DNA of 47,322 nucleotides from Verrucomicrobiota bacterium (GTDB lineage: Bacteria; Verrucomicrobiota; Verrucomicrobiia; Limisphaerales; JADJPG01): positions 1 to 47,322 of the forward strand of contig JBEEGQ010000425.1 in the NCBI GenBank assembly GCA_041166945.1, written 5' to 3'. Positions within the stretch are counted from its first letter, which is position 1, and every line of letters starts with the position of its first letter. The position numbers were made by a program, and so were the translations under genes. Shown here piece after piece: positions 8,830-18,520 of the stretch. The notes under the pieces were generated by a model, which was not told where the DNA came from, ran no database searches, and worked only from the letters and a program-made list of their open reading frames with translations.

Positions 8830-10755
8830 ATGAAGAAGTTGTCATTTATGCTCGCTGGCGCCCTGCTGGCTGCGAATGCAGCCCTGGCAGCGACCACCAA
8901 CATCGGCCCATGGACGCCTCTTTTCAAAGGCGTCGACATCTCCTACGCGCGCGTTTTTGGCGCAGGCAACGAGCGCACAGAGGCCATCAACTGTCTCCGC
9001 ATCGATCTGACCGACCCCGACATCTCCCTGTTGACCACGCCCAAATGCACCAACAACTGCGCTCCGTATGAAGTCCTGGCGGAGAACACCAGCCATTTCC
9101 TCGAACAATACGGCCTTCAAGTGGCCGTCAATGGCAGTTTCTATTCCTCGAGCCTCGGCCCCAACGACGTCCCTCTCGGGACCTCCGAACAGGTGCTGGG
9201 ATTTGCCGTCAGCAAAGGCGTCGTCGTCTCGCCCGCCGACGACAGCACGCACGCTGTCTCCATGTTTTTCACGTCGAATAATGTGCCCGTGTTCGTTCCT
9301 CAAAACTGGCCGCCGGTCGATGCCAACGGTTATTACACCGCCATCACGGGGAATATTCTGCTCCTCAACAACGGCGTGAATGTGGGCACCAACCAAAATG
9401 ATTTCGATCCCCGCACCGCCATCGGCATTTCCGAAGACAACCGGTTTCTCTATTTGATGACCGCGGACGGACGGCAGGGCCTCTCGTGGGGGGTGAACCC
9501 GCCGTGGAGCGATGGCTTGAATTTTTATGAGACGGCCGACTGGCTGGCCCGCTTTGGAGCTTACAACGCCTTTAACATCGACGGCGGCGGTTCCACCACG
9601 ATGTCCATGGCCGATTGCCGCGGGGCCAGCCTCCGGCTCAATCGATCCAGTTTCGTTTACCAATACGGCCGCGAACGGAACATTGGCCATAACTTCGGCG
9701 TGTATGCGAAACCCGCCATCACCGGCATCCGCAACCTGAACGTCCTGCCTGGAACGACGACGGCGATCGTCACCTGGGACACGGATTTGCCCGCCGACAC
9801 GCAGCTGGAATACGGGCTCACCAGCAGCCTCGGCAGCTCGACGCCGCTCAACACGCGTCCCGTGCGAACACATATCGTCACCCTCTCGGGCCTGTTTTCC
9901 GGCACCAACTATTATTTTCGAGCGCGCTCCTCGGATGGCGTCGCGCTGAATCTTTCGGGCTGTTCATTCACCACCACGGGCACCACCACCCGCATTCCTC
10001 TTCTCAGCATGACCAGCCCATGGAAATACACGACCAACAACCTCGATGGTTTGAATTGGAAAAGCCTGGCCGATGATGATTCCACATGGATGGGTCCCAG
10101 CAACGCCTGTTTCCATATCGAAAACACGGTCAGCGGGGGCATCACGTTCGCCCCACGGAATACACTCCTGCCGCCCGGTTTCGTCGTGCCCATCTTTCGC
10201 ACCTATTATTTCCGAACCCCGTTCACTTTTACCGGCAGCACCGCCGGAGTGTCGCTCACCTTTTCCAACTACATCGACGATGGCGCGGTCTTCTATTTGA
10301 ACGGCGTTGAGCTGAATCGCATCCGGGTCGGAGCATCGCCCACCTACGCGACCTTCGCCACCGGCGGCCCCTGCGCGGCCACGGCGTATGCCAACGACGC
10401 CGCCGTCATCTGTCCCGACATGTTCAACATCTCGGGCAATCTCATAACCAATCTGATTCAGGGAACCAACATGCTCGCCGTCGAAGTCCATAATCTCAGC
10501 GGCGGCGTGACCTCGCAGGACATCTTTTTCGGCAGCGCCTTGTTCGCCAACGTCGCTGCCGCCGCGGTGCCCCGACTCCTTGTCCATTCGGAAAACGGGC
10601 TCACCACCATCTTCTGGAATGGCCCCGGCTTCACCCTCCAGCGCTCATCCAATCTTTCTTCACCCACCAACTGGTCAGACGTGCCCGGACCAGTGACCCA
10701 GGGCAGCTACACCGCCTCCAACAATCCAACCTTCTTTTATCGCCTTCGGAATTAA
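8830..10755 (+). CDS. Secreted phosphodiester glycosidase paralog 3, fused to an FN3-like domain, a '[21 protein letters not shown]' beta-sandwich module, and a C-terminal tail ending FFYRLRN
   Basis: Signal peptide '[20 protein letters not shown]'. Glycosidase core: 'AVNGSFY', '[11 protein letters not shown]', '[12 protein letters not shown]'. FN3-like: '[29 protein letters not shown]'. The module '[45 protein letters not shown]' is one I associate with CotH/lamin-tail-domain proteins. Confidence 0.85.
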   Translation: MKKLSFMLAGALLAANAALAATTNIGPWTPLFKGVDISYARVFGAGNERTEAINCLRIDLTDPDISLLTTPKCTNNCAPYEVLAENTSHFLEQYGLQVAVNGSFYSSSLGPNDVPLGTSEQVLGFAVSKGVVVSPADDSTHAVSMFFTSNNVPVFVPQNWPPVDANGYYTAITGNILLLNNGVNVGTNQNDFDPRTAIGISEDNRFLYLMTADGRQGLSWGVNPPWSDGLNFYETADWLARFGAYNAFNIDGGGSTTMSMADCRGASLRLNRSSFVYQYGRERNIGHNFGVYAKPAITGIRNLNVLPGTTTAIVTWDTDLPADTQLEYGLTSSLGSSTPLNTRPVRTHIVTLSGLFSGTNYYFRARSSDGVALNLSGCSFTTTGTTTRIPLLSMTSPWKYTTNNLDGLNWKSLADDDSTWMGPSNACFHIENTVSGGITFAPRNTLLPPGFVVPIFRTYYFRTPFTFTGSTAGVSLTFSNYIDDGAVFYLNGVELNRIRVGASPTYATFATGGPCAATAYANDAAVICPDMFNISGNLITNLIQGTNMLAVEVHNLSGGVTSQDIFFGSALFANVAAAAVPRLLVHSENGLTTIFWNGPGFTLQRSSNLSSPTNWSDVPGPVTQGSYTASNNPTFFYRLRN

Positions 10756-10768
10756 CGTCTCCATCGCC

Positions 10769-11446
10769 ATGCAAGCACGTTCCTCGCTTTCTTTCGATTT
10801 CGCCCGCTCCCGCGGTTTCACCCTCATCGAACTGCTCGTCGTTATCGCGATCATCGCGATCCTGGCGGGATTGCTCCTGCCCGCCCTCGCCAAGGCCAAG
10901 CAACGCGCCAAGGACACCGAATGTCTTAATAATCTCAAGCAGGTCGCGATCGGTTTGCGTCTCTGGTCCAATGACAACGAGCATCATTTCCCCTGGAAAG
11001 TCGACGTGACGGACGGCGGCAGCCTCAATGCCCCCCAATGGGTCGATCATTTCCGCGTCGTCTCCAACGAACTCGCCACCCCAAAGGTCCTCCTCTGCCC
11101 GCGCGAGGATGGCAAAACTCAGGCCCCCGACTGGCTCAACATCGCCGGCTTCGACAACGTCAGCTATTTTGCAGGCCTCACCGCCGATGACGAAAATGCC
11201 CAGTCACTGTTGACGGGCGATGGCAATATTCTCGGTGGCGGCGGCGGGTTCGACCCTTATTGGATCAGCCTCAAATCGCTCGATGGCTTCTGGGAAAACA
11301 ATGTCCACATCAAGCGCGGGCATCTCGCGATTTCAGATGGCAGTGTGCAGATGACGAGCTCGCAGTTGCTGCAGGCACAAATCGCCGCCGCGTTGAACGC
11401 CGGCTCCACAAACGTCACTCTCTCCAAGCCGCAAGGCACACTCTGA
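10769..11446 (+). CDS. Prepilin-type N-terminal cleavage/methylation domain protein (type II secretion pseudopilin-like, DUF1559-like)
   Basis: Canonical '[44 protein letters not shown]'. C-terminal '[11 protein letters not shown]'. Confidence 0.85.
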   Translation: MQARSSLSFDFARSRGFTLIELLVVIAIIAILAGLLLPALAKAKQRAKDTECLNNLKQVAIGLRLWSNDNEHHFPWKVDVTDGGSLNAPQWVDHFRVVSNELATPKVLLCPREDGKTQAPDWLNIAGFDNVSYFAGLTADDENAQSLLTGDGNILGGGGGFDPYWISLKSLDGFWENNVHIKRGHLAISDGSVQMTSSQLLQAQIAAALNAGSTNVTLSKPQGTL

Positions 11447-11471
11447 ACGCCACGCCGGCCCCCTTTCGTTT

Positions 11472-13103
11472 TCACGGCAGCCGCTCGATTCGCAAGCTGT
11501 CCGCGTCAAACCACGCCTCCCCGGCGGAAGCCCGCAGTGCACAGACCAAATCCACTTCGGTTTCCCGGCCGCGAATTTCAAAGGTCACCTCAAGCGGCGT
11601 CCATCCGGAATCCCCCGTCGCCCAATGGACCCCCGACGGTTTGCTGCCCGAGACATCGAGCGCCGCTCCATGATGCCGCCCAAACGGGAGCGGCTTCAAT
11701 CGCGCCGTCTGCACCCTGCCGCCGAAACGATAACGTCCCGGCGCGAGCAACAGCTTCGCGCGCCACGACGCCGACGTCGTCGGACCCGCCCGCACGTGAA
11801 ATGACAATCGCCCGTCCGGCGCCGGTATCGCGTCCAGTTTTCCTCCCGCCGGTTTATCCGTCGGCCGCCAGCCGATTGGTTTCGCGATGCCGTTCTCGAA
11901 GGCCAATGGCGTTGGCGGTGGAACCGCCAGTTGACGAGCAACCTCCAAAGTCCGCAGCCGGATCTGTTTGCACAGGATCGCCACGGCGCGTTCGAGCGGG
12001 CGCGCCTCGTTCCGCGGCAATCCGCCGGCCAACCCCGCCGCCCATTCGCGAACACGGTTGGTGAGTGTGGGCGCTTGCAGCACATTTGTAAAAAGCATGC
12101 CCAGCCGCGTTCGATATTCCCTCCGGCCTTGAGCGGTTTCCATCGTCGCTTGCGCCAGCAGTCCGGCGAAATGCGGGTGCAACGGCAAATCCGCGCGGCC
12201 GAAAAGCTGGTCCATTCCTGCCGGCAGAAACACGAACCGGTCTGACGCCGGATCGTGATAAAGCCGATAGTTGTTTCGCGCCAGACAGTACCCATCCCGA
12301 TGGCCAGCCAGAATTTCCATCGCCATGAAGGACTCGAATCGATCCACGTCCAGCACCTCTCCCAGCCGCTGCCAGCGCCGTCCGAGGTCCGGTTCCTGCG
12401 CTGCGTCTACAAGCCGCCGAAGGTCCGCGCCGTCCGCCGGGCCGCTGCCGGAACTTCGCTTCAACGGCCCGTTGATTTCGCTGCCCGCCCCGGGATCATA
12501 AAGATTTCCATTAGTGCTCTTAAAATGGCGTTCAAGAAATTCCGCCGCGAACGCCTCCTTCAAAACGTAAAGACCCAGACGCCGATCGTTTAATTCCACG
12601 ACCGCATGGGTGACTCTCGGTGCCGGGATATTCGCCGCGCGAAACAGTTCGCTCCCCAGCTTTTCGTTGAGATAACTTGCGTCCTCCACCGAATTGTTCA
12701 AGTGCACCTTGCTCAGTCCATGAAATCGCTGGTCCGGGACAAATTCATCGAAGCGGATCGTGACCGCAGGCTTGTCATCAAGCGGCCGAAAGCTTCCCGT
12801 GGCTCCTTTGAGATGCAGACCGGCGTCGCGCCAGATTTGAGCTCCTTCGCGAACCGTCGCCCGCACATATGCGCGGCTGTCCCGGCGCAGCGATTTCATT
12901 CCGGGTTCACTCACCTCGATCCGAATCCGCAATGGCTTCGGCTCCGCCAATATTTCGGGCTCGGCCGCCATGCCGCGATTTTGAAACATCGCCAACATCA
13001 TCACGGCGAAGGCCAGGCAGCCCGTGCGGACATTGCCCCCGCCATCGGCGCGCCACTTCTCAGGCCCGCGTCCAAACCCGGCCTGGAAGCGGACGCTTCC
13101 CAC
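11472..13103 (-). CDS. CotH kinase family protein (secreted)
   Basis: Motifs: 'LHLKGATGSFRPLDDKPAVTIRFDEF', 'LSKVHLNNSVEDASYLNEKLGSELFRAANIPAPRVTHAVVELNDRRLGLYVLKEAF', 'GHRDGYCLARNNYRLYHD'. The start is uncertain. The maximal ORF reaches 13271 but would overlap the upstream gene by 142 nt. GTG 13103 keeps the signal-like 'GCLAFAVMMLAMF' segment. ATG 13001 is the first ATG. Confidence 0.85.
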   Translation of the reverse strand: MGSVRFQAGFGRGPEKWRADGGGNVRTGCLAFAVMMLAMFQNRGMAAEPEILAEPKPLRIRIEVSEPGMKSLRRDSRAYVRATVREGAQIWRDAGLHLKGATGSFRPLDDKPAVTIRFDEFVPDQRFHGLSKVHLNNSVEDASYLNEKLGSELFRAANIPAPRVTHAVVELNDRRLGLYVLKEAFAAEFLERHFKSTNGNLYDPGAGSEINGPLKRSSGSGPADGADLRRLVDAAQEPDLGRRWQRLGEVLDVDRFESFMAMEILAGHRDGYCLARNNYRLYHDPASDRFVFLPAGMDQLFGRADLPLHPHFAGLLAQATMETAQGRREYRTRLGMLFTNVLQAPTLTNRVREWAAGLAGGLPRNEARPLERAVAILCKQIRLRTLEVARQLAVPPPTPLAFENGIAKPIGWRPTDKPAGGKLDAIPAPDGRLSFHVRAGPTTSASWRAKLLLAPGRYRFGGRVQTARLKPLPFGRHHGAALDVSGSKPSGVHWATGDSGWTPLEVTFEIRGRETEVDLVCALRASAGEAWFDADSLRIERLP

Positions 13104-13129
13104 GAGAGCAGCCGCGTCCAGTGACCCGC

Positions 13130-15370
13130 CTATTTCGATCGGCTGAACCACTGTCCTAAAAAGGTCTCCACCGCCGCCAGCGCGAGGCAAAGGATGACAA
13201 TCGGAAGCCAGAATTCGAGGCCCGTCCGGCCTTTTTCCACCAGGCCCCGCAGCGACATGTTGGGCGACCATGTCACGACATTCGCCACGTCCCGCAATGT
13301 CGTCAACTGCGCGGGGGTCAACTCATCCAAACTGGATTCGGATGGGTCGGATTGCGCCGCGAACTTCAGCGCGAACGGCGGCTCGCCCACCGTGGCGTCA
13401 TAAATGCCGGCCAGATCCGTCTGCTCGAATTGCACTGTCGGCCAGCCGTTGGCCAGCTCGACCCGCCGCATCTCGCGCACCACATCCCTCTGCCGCGGTT
13501 TGAAAAATGTCGCGTCCTTGTCCAGGTATTCCGAAGGCACCCGCCGCACGAAACGATCGCCCACGCGAATATTCAATCCCTCGTCCTGTCGCTGCACGAT
13601 GCTTCCCAGCGTGCGATGGATCAACGGCACCCACGCCAGCCGGACGGCCAGATCGTTCCATGCCGTGTCAGCCGTGCTGCTGAACTGCACAACCCGCCCC
13701 AGCCCCCAAGGCCGCTCCATCATCGCCGGTGTGCCATCCGAAAATTTCAGAACCACTCGCGGCAATCCCGCATCGCTCCCCGCCATCAGCGCGCCCGCCC
13801 CTCTCGATGCCCCTCCCCCTGCATCGCCGGTGGTCGCCTTGTTGCCCGGACTGCGCGCGATCTCCGCCGGTTTCAATTCGTAATACTTGAAGAATCGCGC
13901 GCTCCCGAGCTTGCCCGATCCCGGGTCATTCCACAGATCCACAATGGGATGCTCGTAGTCCTTTTCCTGCAGCGTTACGAATTTATCCTCCTGGTCCGAC
14001 TGGCCCCGCGCCGCTCCAAATTCGGCCGGCAGCATCTTCAGCCGCTTGAACAATTGATCATTGTAAAATGGAACCGACACACGGCCGCCGGGAAAAATCA
14101 TCAACCCGCCTCCGCGCCGCAAATAGCTCTCCACCGCGCGCACTGTCGCCTCCCCGAAATCCGGGACATTCGCCAAAACCACCGCGTCATAGTCGTCCAG
14201 GCGCGCCTGTGACAATTCCGGTCCCGTGATGGTCGCCGTCTTGATGAAATAATCCGGCGCGGCATCGGGCGTCACCGGCACCAGCGCGTTCCGGAGATAA
14301 AAAACTTCGCTGTCCCGCGCTTCCGATCCCGGTTCGCCGTCCACGAGCAGCACCTTGACCTCCTTGATCGCGCGCACGGCGACCGTGCGATGATCGTCCG
14401 CCGGCAATCGATCCTCCCCAATCCGCGCCGTCACCGCATGGAATCCCTCCGTCCGGAGTTTTGTAAACATGGTGACGCTTTTCGTCGCCCCGCCCGGAAT
14501 CGAATCCAGCGTGAACTCATCCGTCGGCGGTTCGCCATCCACGCTCAAACTGACGCGCGTGTTGCGCACCTCTTCCTTCCCGTGATTGGCCACGCGCGCC
14601 TCGAAGCGGAGCGGTTGTTTCACCGGGCTCAGTCCGCTGGCCAGGCGCAGATCGCTCAGGCTCAGGTTTTTTTCCTCGTGCTCATTCACCAGGATGATAT
14701 GGGCCTTGATCTCCGACTTGCTGCGCTCCAGCGCCCGATGGATCTCGGATAATTGCCGCCAGCCATTGGCCCCGCCATCCGTAACGAGGTAAATCTCCTT
14801 TCTCAGCGCCAACCGGCCTTTCAACGTGTCGAGCGCCTTTTCGACGGCGGGAAAAACATCGGTCGCCCGATCGGTCAACGGCGCCTCGCGCAGGATTTTG
14901 CGGGCCAGGTTCAGATCGAAGGTCGGCTCAGGTATCGCCCCTTGAACAACGTCGCTCGCCAAAAAGACCGCCGTGGCGCTGCCGGAAGGCATCGAATCGA
15001 GGGCTTGTTCCGCCACATGACGCGCCTTGTCAAATCGTGTCGCGGTGCCGTCGCTCATCCCCATGCTTTGTGAATTATCCAGGATGATGACCCCCGTCAC
15101 TTTCGACTGCCCCAATACATCGTTGGCGTTGCTGAGGATCGCCGGGCGGGCCAGCGCGAAGGCGAGCAACGCCAGCAACAGGCAACGCAGCGCCAGCAGT
15201 ATCATGTCCTCGATGCGCATCCGCCGCTGGTTCTGTTCCACACTCGTTTTCAGGAACAGCATCGCCGCCCAAATCACCTTCTGAAAACGCCGCCGATTGA
15301 GGAGGTGAATGATGATTGGCACCGACACCGCGGCCAATCCAGCCAGCATGATGGGATTGAGGAAACTCAC
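13130..15370 (-). CDS. BatA_N (aerotolerance-regulator N-terminal) / VWA domain membrane protein, 746 aa
   Basis: N-terminus 'MSFLNPIMLAGLAAVSVPIIIHLLNRRRFQKVIWAAMLFL' is the classic BatA_N double-TM motif. VWA MIDAS: 'VIILDNSQSMGMSDG'. A C-terminal TM segment is present. It is a paralogous architecture to 2057-4510. Confidence 0.8.
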   Translation of the reverse strand: MSFLNPIMLAGLAAVSVPIIIHLLNRRRFQKVIWAAMLFLKTSVEQNQRRMRIEDMILLALRCLLLALLAFALARPAILSNANDVLGQSKVTGVIILDNSQSMGMSDGTATRFDKARHVAEQALDSMPSGSATAVFLASDVVQGAIPEPTFDLNLARKILREAPLTDRATDVFPAVEKALDTLKGRLALRKEIYLVTDGGANGWRQLSEIHRALERSKSEIKAHIILVNEHEEKNLSLSDLRLASGLSPVKQPLRFEARVANHGKEEVRNTRVSLSVDGEPPTDEFTLDSIPGGATKSVTMFTKLRTEGFHAVTARIGEDRLPADDHRTVAVRAIKEVKVLLVDGEPGSEARDSEVFYLRNALVPVTPDAAPDYFIKTATITGPELSQARLDDYDAVVLANVPDFGEATVRAVESYLRRGGGLMIFPGGRVSVPFYNDQLFKRLKMLPAEFGAARGQSDQEDKFVTLQEKDYEHPIVDLWNDPGSGKLGSARFFKYYELKPAEIARSPGNKATTGDAGGGASRGAGALMAGSDAGLPRVVLKFSDGTPAMMERPWGLGRVVQFSSTADTAWNDLAVRLAWVPLIHRTLGSIVQRQDEGLNIRVGDRFVRRVPSEYLDKDATFFKPRQRDVVREMRRVELANGWPTVQFEQTDLAGIYDATVGEPPFALKFAAQSDPSESSLDELTPAQLTTLRDVANVVTWSPNMSLRGLVEKGRTGLEFWLPIVILCLALAAVETFLGQWFSRSK

Positions 15371-15471
15371 GCGCGGATAACGGCAGTCGGCACCCGCGGA
15401 CGGTACCCGGCGCCCCTGTCAGCCGCAAGACGGTTCTGCCATCCCGAATCCCATTCGCGTGTTCGGCGCTC

Positions 15472-15591
15472 GGTGTCCACCCTTTAGGGTGTTCGTCCCG
15501 CCCATCACACCCCAAGACACCCTAAAGGGTGGACACCAAGCGGGTCGACGCCCGCATTCCCCGCCGCGTTCGGTGTCCACCCTTTAGGGTG
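15472..15591. repeat. Three copies of the 20-mer GGTGTCCACCCTTTAGGGTG: two direct copies exactly 100 bp apart and one inverted copy between them
   Basis: Copies at 15472-15491 (+), 15518-15537 (reverse complement) and 15572-15591 (+). Each has the internal palindrome CACCC-TTTA-GGGTG. Copies 1 and 2 can form a 20-bp stem with a 26-nt loop. The flanks are also similar ('CATTC..GCGTTCGGTGTCC'). Confidence 0.85.
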
Positions 15592-15656
15592 TCCGGGCCA
15601 CGCACCAGAACACCAAAGAATGGGACACATCATTTTGTCGGGTTGCGGTTGGTATC

Positions 15657-15793
15657 GCGGCCTTTCAGGCCGCATGAATTTGTGGGGTAACGTCCCCCAG
15701 CCCATTGGGCTGGGTTGAGGAATTATCGGCCCTTTGGGCCCAAGCCCCAGCGCCAACGGCGCTCCATCCCTCAGCCCAGGGCATCGCCCTGGG
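15657..15793. repeat. Cluster of five short GC-rich stem-loops (REP-like palindromic units)
   Basis: GCGGCC-TTTCA-GGCCGC (15657-15673). CCCAGCCC-ATT-GGGCTGGG (15696-15714). GGCCC-TTT-GGGCC (15728-15740). AGCGCC-AAC-GGCGCT (15749-15763). CCCAGGGC-ATC-GCCCTGGG (15775-15793). Confidence 0.7.
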
Positions 15794-15899
15794 TAACGCC
15801 GCAAAAATCCCCGCGCACCAACGAAGCGCGATATTCCGCACGCCGCCCCCAGCGAGCTCAAACATGTTTTCACCCCAACGCGACACCAAAATTCGGCAT

Positions 15900-16979
15900 C
15901 TACGGCGGAAAACCAAAGGAAAGTTTCACCGCCGAATACTCGGGATGCACACCCCCATCACGCGCGCGAATGATCAGCGCCGGCTCGTTCCAGGTCCGCC
16001 CCCGCATCCCTTCAGGCAGATCCTCCCCGCGCATCATTCCAAACAATCCCAGTGACGGCCGCTCCCCCTCGCGCAAGATCACCTGGCGCCGCCGCACAAT
16101 CACCAACCCCGCCGCCGCTGCCCCAGCCTGCACCCGCTGCTCCTGTTCGCCGGTCGTCGTCGGGAAGACGCACGCAAAATAACCGCCCCGTTCCAAGTGC
16201 GCCGCAGCCACCGCACAATAGTCCGCCACCGAACCACGCAACTCAAAACGGCAGGCCACCTTTTGCGGATGATCCCCTTCGATCCCGCTCCCTGGCGGAA
16301 AATACGGCGGGCTGCCCAGCACCAAATCGAAACGTTCATCGGCGCCCAGCACGGCTGGATCGCGAAAATCACCCAGCCGGATCTCATAACGCGTCGTCAG
16401 TCCATTCCAGCGCGCTGATTTGCGCGCCAGCCGCACGCTCTCCTCCTGTGCCTCGATGGTCACGAAACGCGCCCCCGTCAATCGCCAGGCCGCGATCATC
16501 CCAACGGACCCGATCCCGCTCCCCAGATCCAGCGCGGTCCGAGCGCTTGGACACCATGTCGTTCCGTGCCACGCCGTTAGCACGTCATCGGTCGAAAAAC
16601 GATGGCCGTTCTCCAGTTGGAACAATCGGAAATGGCCGCTGATGGCATCGAGAGTCTCGCCGGGTTCAACACCCGGTTCACCGGTCACCGCGCCCGGCGG
16701 CACTGGTCCGGGCTTGGCCCATCCTTTGAATGTCGAGTCAACCGTCACGCGCCATTCTGTTCCAAAAATCCGCCGGTCCGCGAGCGCGAAACCGGAATTC
16801 GCGCCTTGTCCCAACCCTTCCGCCCGGGTTACAACCACGCTCAATGCATTCGCTTCCCACCAGGCAACCTGCGTGCGGGTCACCCTGGCTCGCGCCGCAC
16901 CAAGGCCGTTGCGTGCACACTCGTAGCGCAGCCGTCCCGGCTGCGAGTTCCCGCACCGTCCCGGTGCGCGGAATCCCAT
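15900..16979 (-). CDS. Class I SAM-dependent methyltransferase (small-domain / tRNA m6A37 TrmN6-YfiC-like)
   Basis: 'HRFSTDDVLTAW', 'ALDLGSGIGSVGMIAAWRL' (motif I), 'FDLVLGSPPYFPPGSG' ((N/S)PPY-type motif IV). The start is uncertain: ATG 16979, GTG 16985, or internal GTGs at 16703 and 16688, which would give a length of about 260 aa typical of the family. Confidence 0.75.
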   Translation of the reverse strand: MGFRAPGRCGNSQPGRLRYECARNGLGAARARVTRTQVAWWEANALSVVVTRAEGLGQGANSGFALADRRIFGTEWRVTVDSTFKGWAKPGPVPPGAVTGEPGVEPGETLDAISGHFRLFQLENGHRFSTDDVLTAWHGTTWCPSARTALDLGSGIGSVGMIAAWRLTGARFVTIEAQEESVRLARKSARWNGLTTRYEIRLGDFRDPAVLGADERFDLVLGSPPYFPPGSGIEGDHPQKVACRFELRGSVADYCAVAAAHLERGGYFACVFPTTTGEQEQRVQAGAAAAGLVIVRRRQVILREGERPSLGLFGMMRGEDLPEGMRGRTWNEPALIIRARDGGVHPEYSAVKLSFGFPP

Positions 16980-17065
16980 CCGCACCGCGCTCCCCCGAAA
17001 ACCTCAGGCGGCGAGCACAACCAATTCACCACCACCCGTTCACCGACATCCATTGGAGATTGCCC

Positions 17066-18511
17066 ATGCCAGAAACCCATCGTTTTCCAAAACTTTTCTT
17101 CGCGCTGCTCGCGATCCTGCTGGCGGCCGGCGCCGTCATCGCCGCGGATGCCAAACCCGCGCCCGCGACACACACCGTGGCCAAAGGCACCCTCAAGGCC
17201 AAAGTCCAGCTCGATGCCGTCTTCGAGTCGGTCGACATGACGCCCGTCAAAATTGAAACCAAAACGTGGACGGACCTCACTGTCCTGGAAGCTGTGCCCC
17301 ATGGCGCCCGCGTGAAAAAAGGCGAGCGGCTCGTCAAAATCGACACCGAAAAATTGCTCGAACAAATAAAGGAACAGGAGCAGGACGCCCCCGGAACCGT
17401 CATTGCTCTCGAGACAGCCGTCGCCGAACTGGCCAATCTCGAGGAGACCACCCCCCTCAAACTGGATGCCGCCAAACGCACCGGCCGCGTCGCCACCGAG
17501 GAGCTCGCCTATTTTGAATCCACCGGACGCGCCCAGCGCGAAAAAAACAGCCGGTTCAATCTCAAGAGCGCCGAGCAACGTCTCGAAGGCGCCCGGGAGG
17601 AACTCAAGCAACTCGAGAAAATGTACAAGGCCGATGATCTCACCGAGGAGACCGAGGAGATCATTCTCAAGCGCCAAAAATTCACCGTCGAGGCGTCGGA
17701 GATCAGCCTTGAATCAACGAAGCTCATGGTCGATCGCGATTTCAAAACCCTCATCCCCCGCGAACACGAAACATTGAAGGCCACCAAAAAGGATCAGGAC
17801 TTCGCCCTCAGTCTCTCCCAGCTAGCCCTCCCCAAAACCCTCGCCAAAAAACGTCTCGACCTCGACAAGCTCAAACGCGACCAAAAAAAGGCGGACAAAA
17901 AATTCGCGGACTTGAAGAAGGACCTCGAAAACCTGTCGGTCATTTCCCCCGCCGACGGCATTGTTTATTACGGCGCCTGCGAAAACGGCAAATGGACCTC
18001 CGGCGGCATCGTGGCGAAAAAACTGGTGCCCACGGGCAAGCTTTCCGCCAATGAAGTTTTCATGACCATCGTCAACCCCGCCCGCATGCAACTTCGAGCG
18101 GTTGCCACCGAAGCGGACCTGGCCAATCTCAAATCCGGAAGCCATGGCACTGCCTCCCCCGTCTCCGCGCCGGACAAAAAATTCCCGGTGAAACTCGATG
18201 AATTGGGCACGCTGCCGCTCCCCGGCGGCGGCTTCGAAGCCCGGCTCTCCTTCGAAAAGGATTCCACCCTCCATCTCATGCCCGGCATGAACGCCAAGGT
18301 GGCCATCGGCGAATCCGGCCGGGGCGAGGTTCTTCTCGTCCCAAAGGACTCCATCGTCACCGAAGGAAAAAAAAGTTTCGTCTATCTTTCCAAAGAGGGC
18401 ACCAAAAGCGAAAAGCACGCCATCAAGACCGGCGAGAATGACGGTAAAATGATCGAAATCCTCGACGGCCTCAGCGAAGGGGATAAAATTCTCGCGACCC
18501 GCCCCGACTGA
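17066..18511 (+). CDS. HlyD-family / efflux periplasmic adaptor-like protein with a long coiled coil
   Basis: The ATG at 17066 gives the signal/anchor 'MPETHRFPKLFFALLAILLAAGAVIAA'. The maximal ORF from 16730 looks non-coding upstream. Barrel-sandwich start 'GTLKAKVQLDAVFES'. About 200 aa of heptad-rich E/K/L sequence. C-terminal beta domains 'ISPADGIVYY', 'VLLVPKDSIV..FVYL'. Confidence 0.75.
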   Translation: MPETHRFPKLFFALLAILLAAGAVIAADAKPAPATHTVAKGTLKAKVQLDAVFESVDMTPVKIETKTWTDLTVLEAVPHGARVKKGERLVKIDTEKLLEQIKEQEQDAPGTVIALETAVAELANLEETTPLKLDAAKRTGRVATEELAYFESTGRAQREKNSRFNLKSAEQRLEGAREELKQLEKMYKADDLTEETEEIILKRQKFTVEASEISLESTKLMVDRDFKTLIPREHETLKATKKDQDFALSLSQLALPKTLAKKRLDLDKLKRDQKKADKKFADLKKDLENLSVISPADGIVYYGACENGKWTSGGIVAKKLVPTGKLSANEVFMTIVNPARMQLRAVATEADLANLKSGSHGTASPVSAPDKKFPVKLDELGTLPLPGGGFEARLSFEKDSTLHLMPGMNAKVAIGESGRGEVLLVPKDSIVTEGKKSFVYLSKEGTKSEKHAIKTGENDGKMIEILDGLSEGDKILATRPD

Positions 18512-18520
18512 GGAACGCGC

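Noticed and set aside
15472-15591. I considered whether the 100-bp-phased 20-mer repeats are a CRISPR array.
   Set aside because: There are only two direct copies plus one inverted copy. The intervening sequence itself contains the inverted repeat. The repeat is shorter than typical CRISPR repeats, and no cas genes are present in the window.
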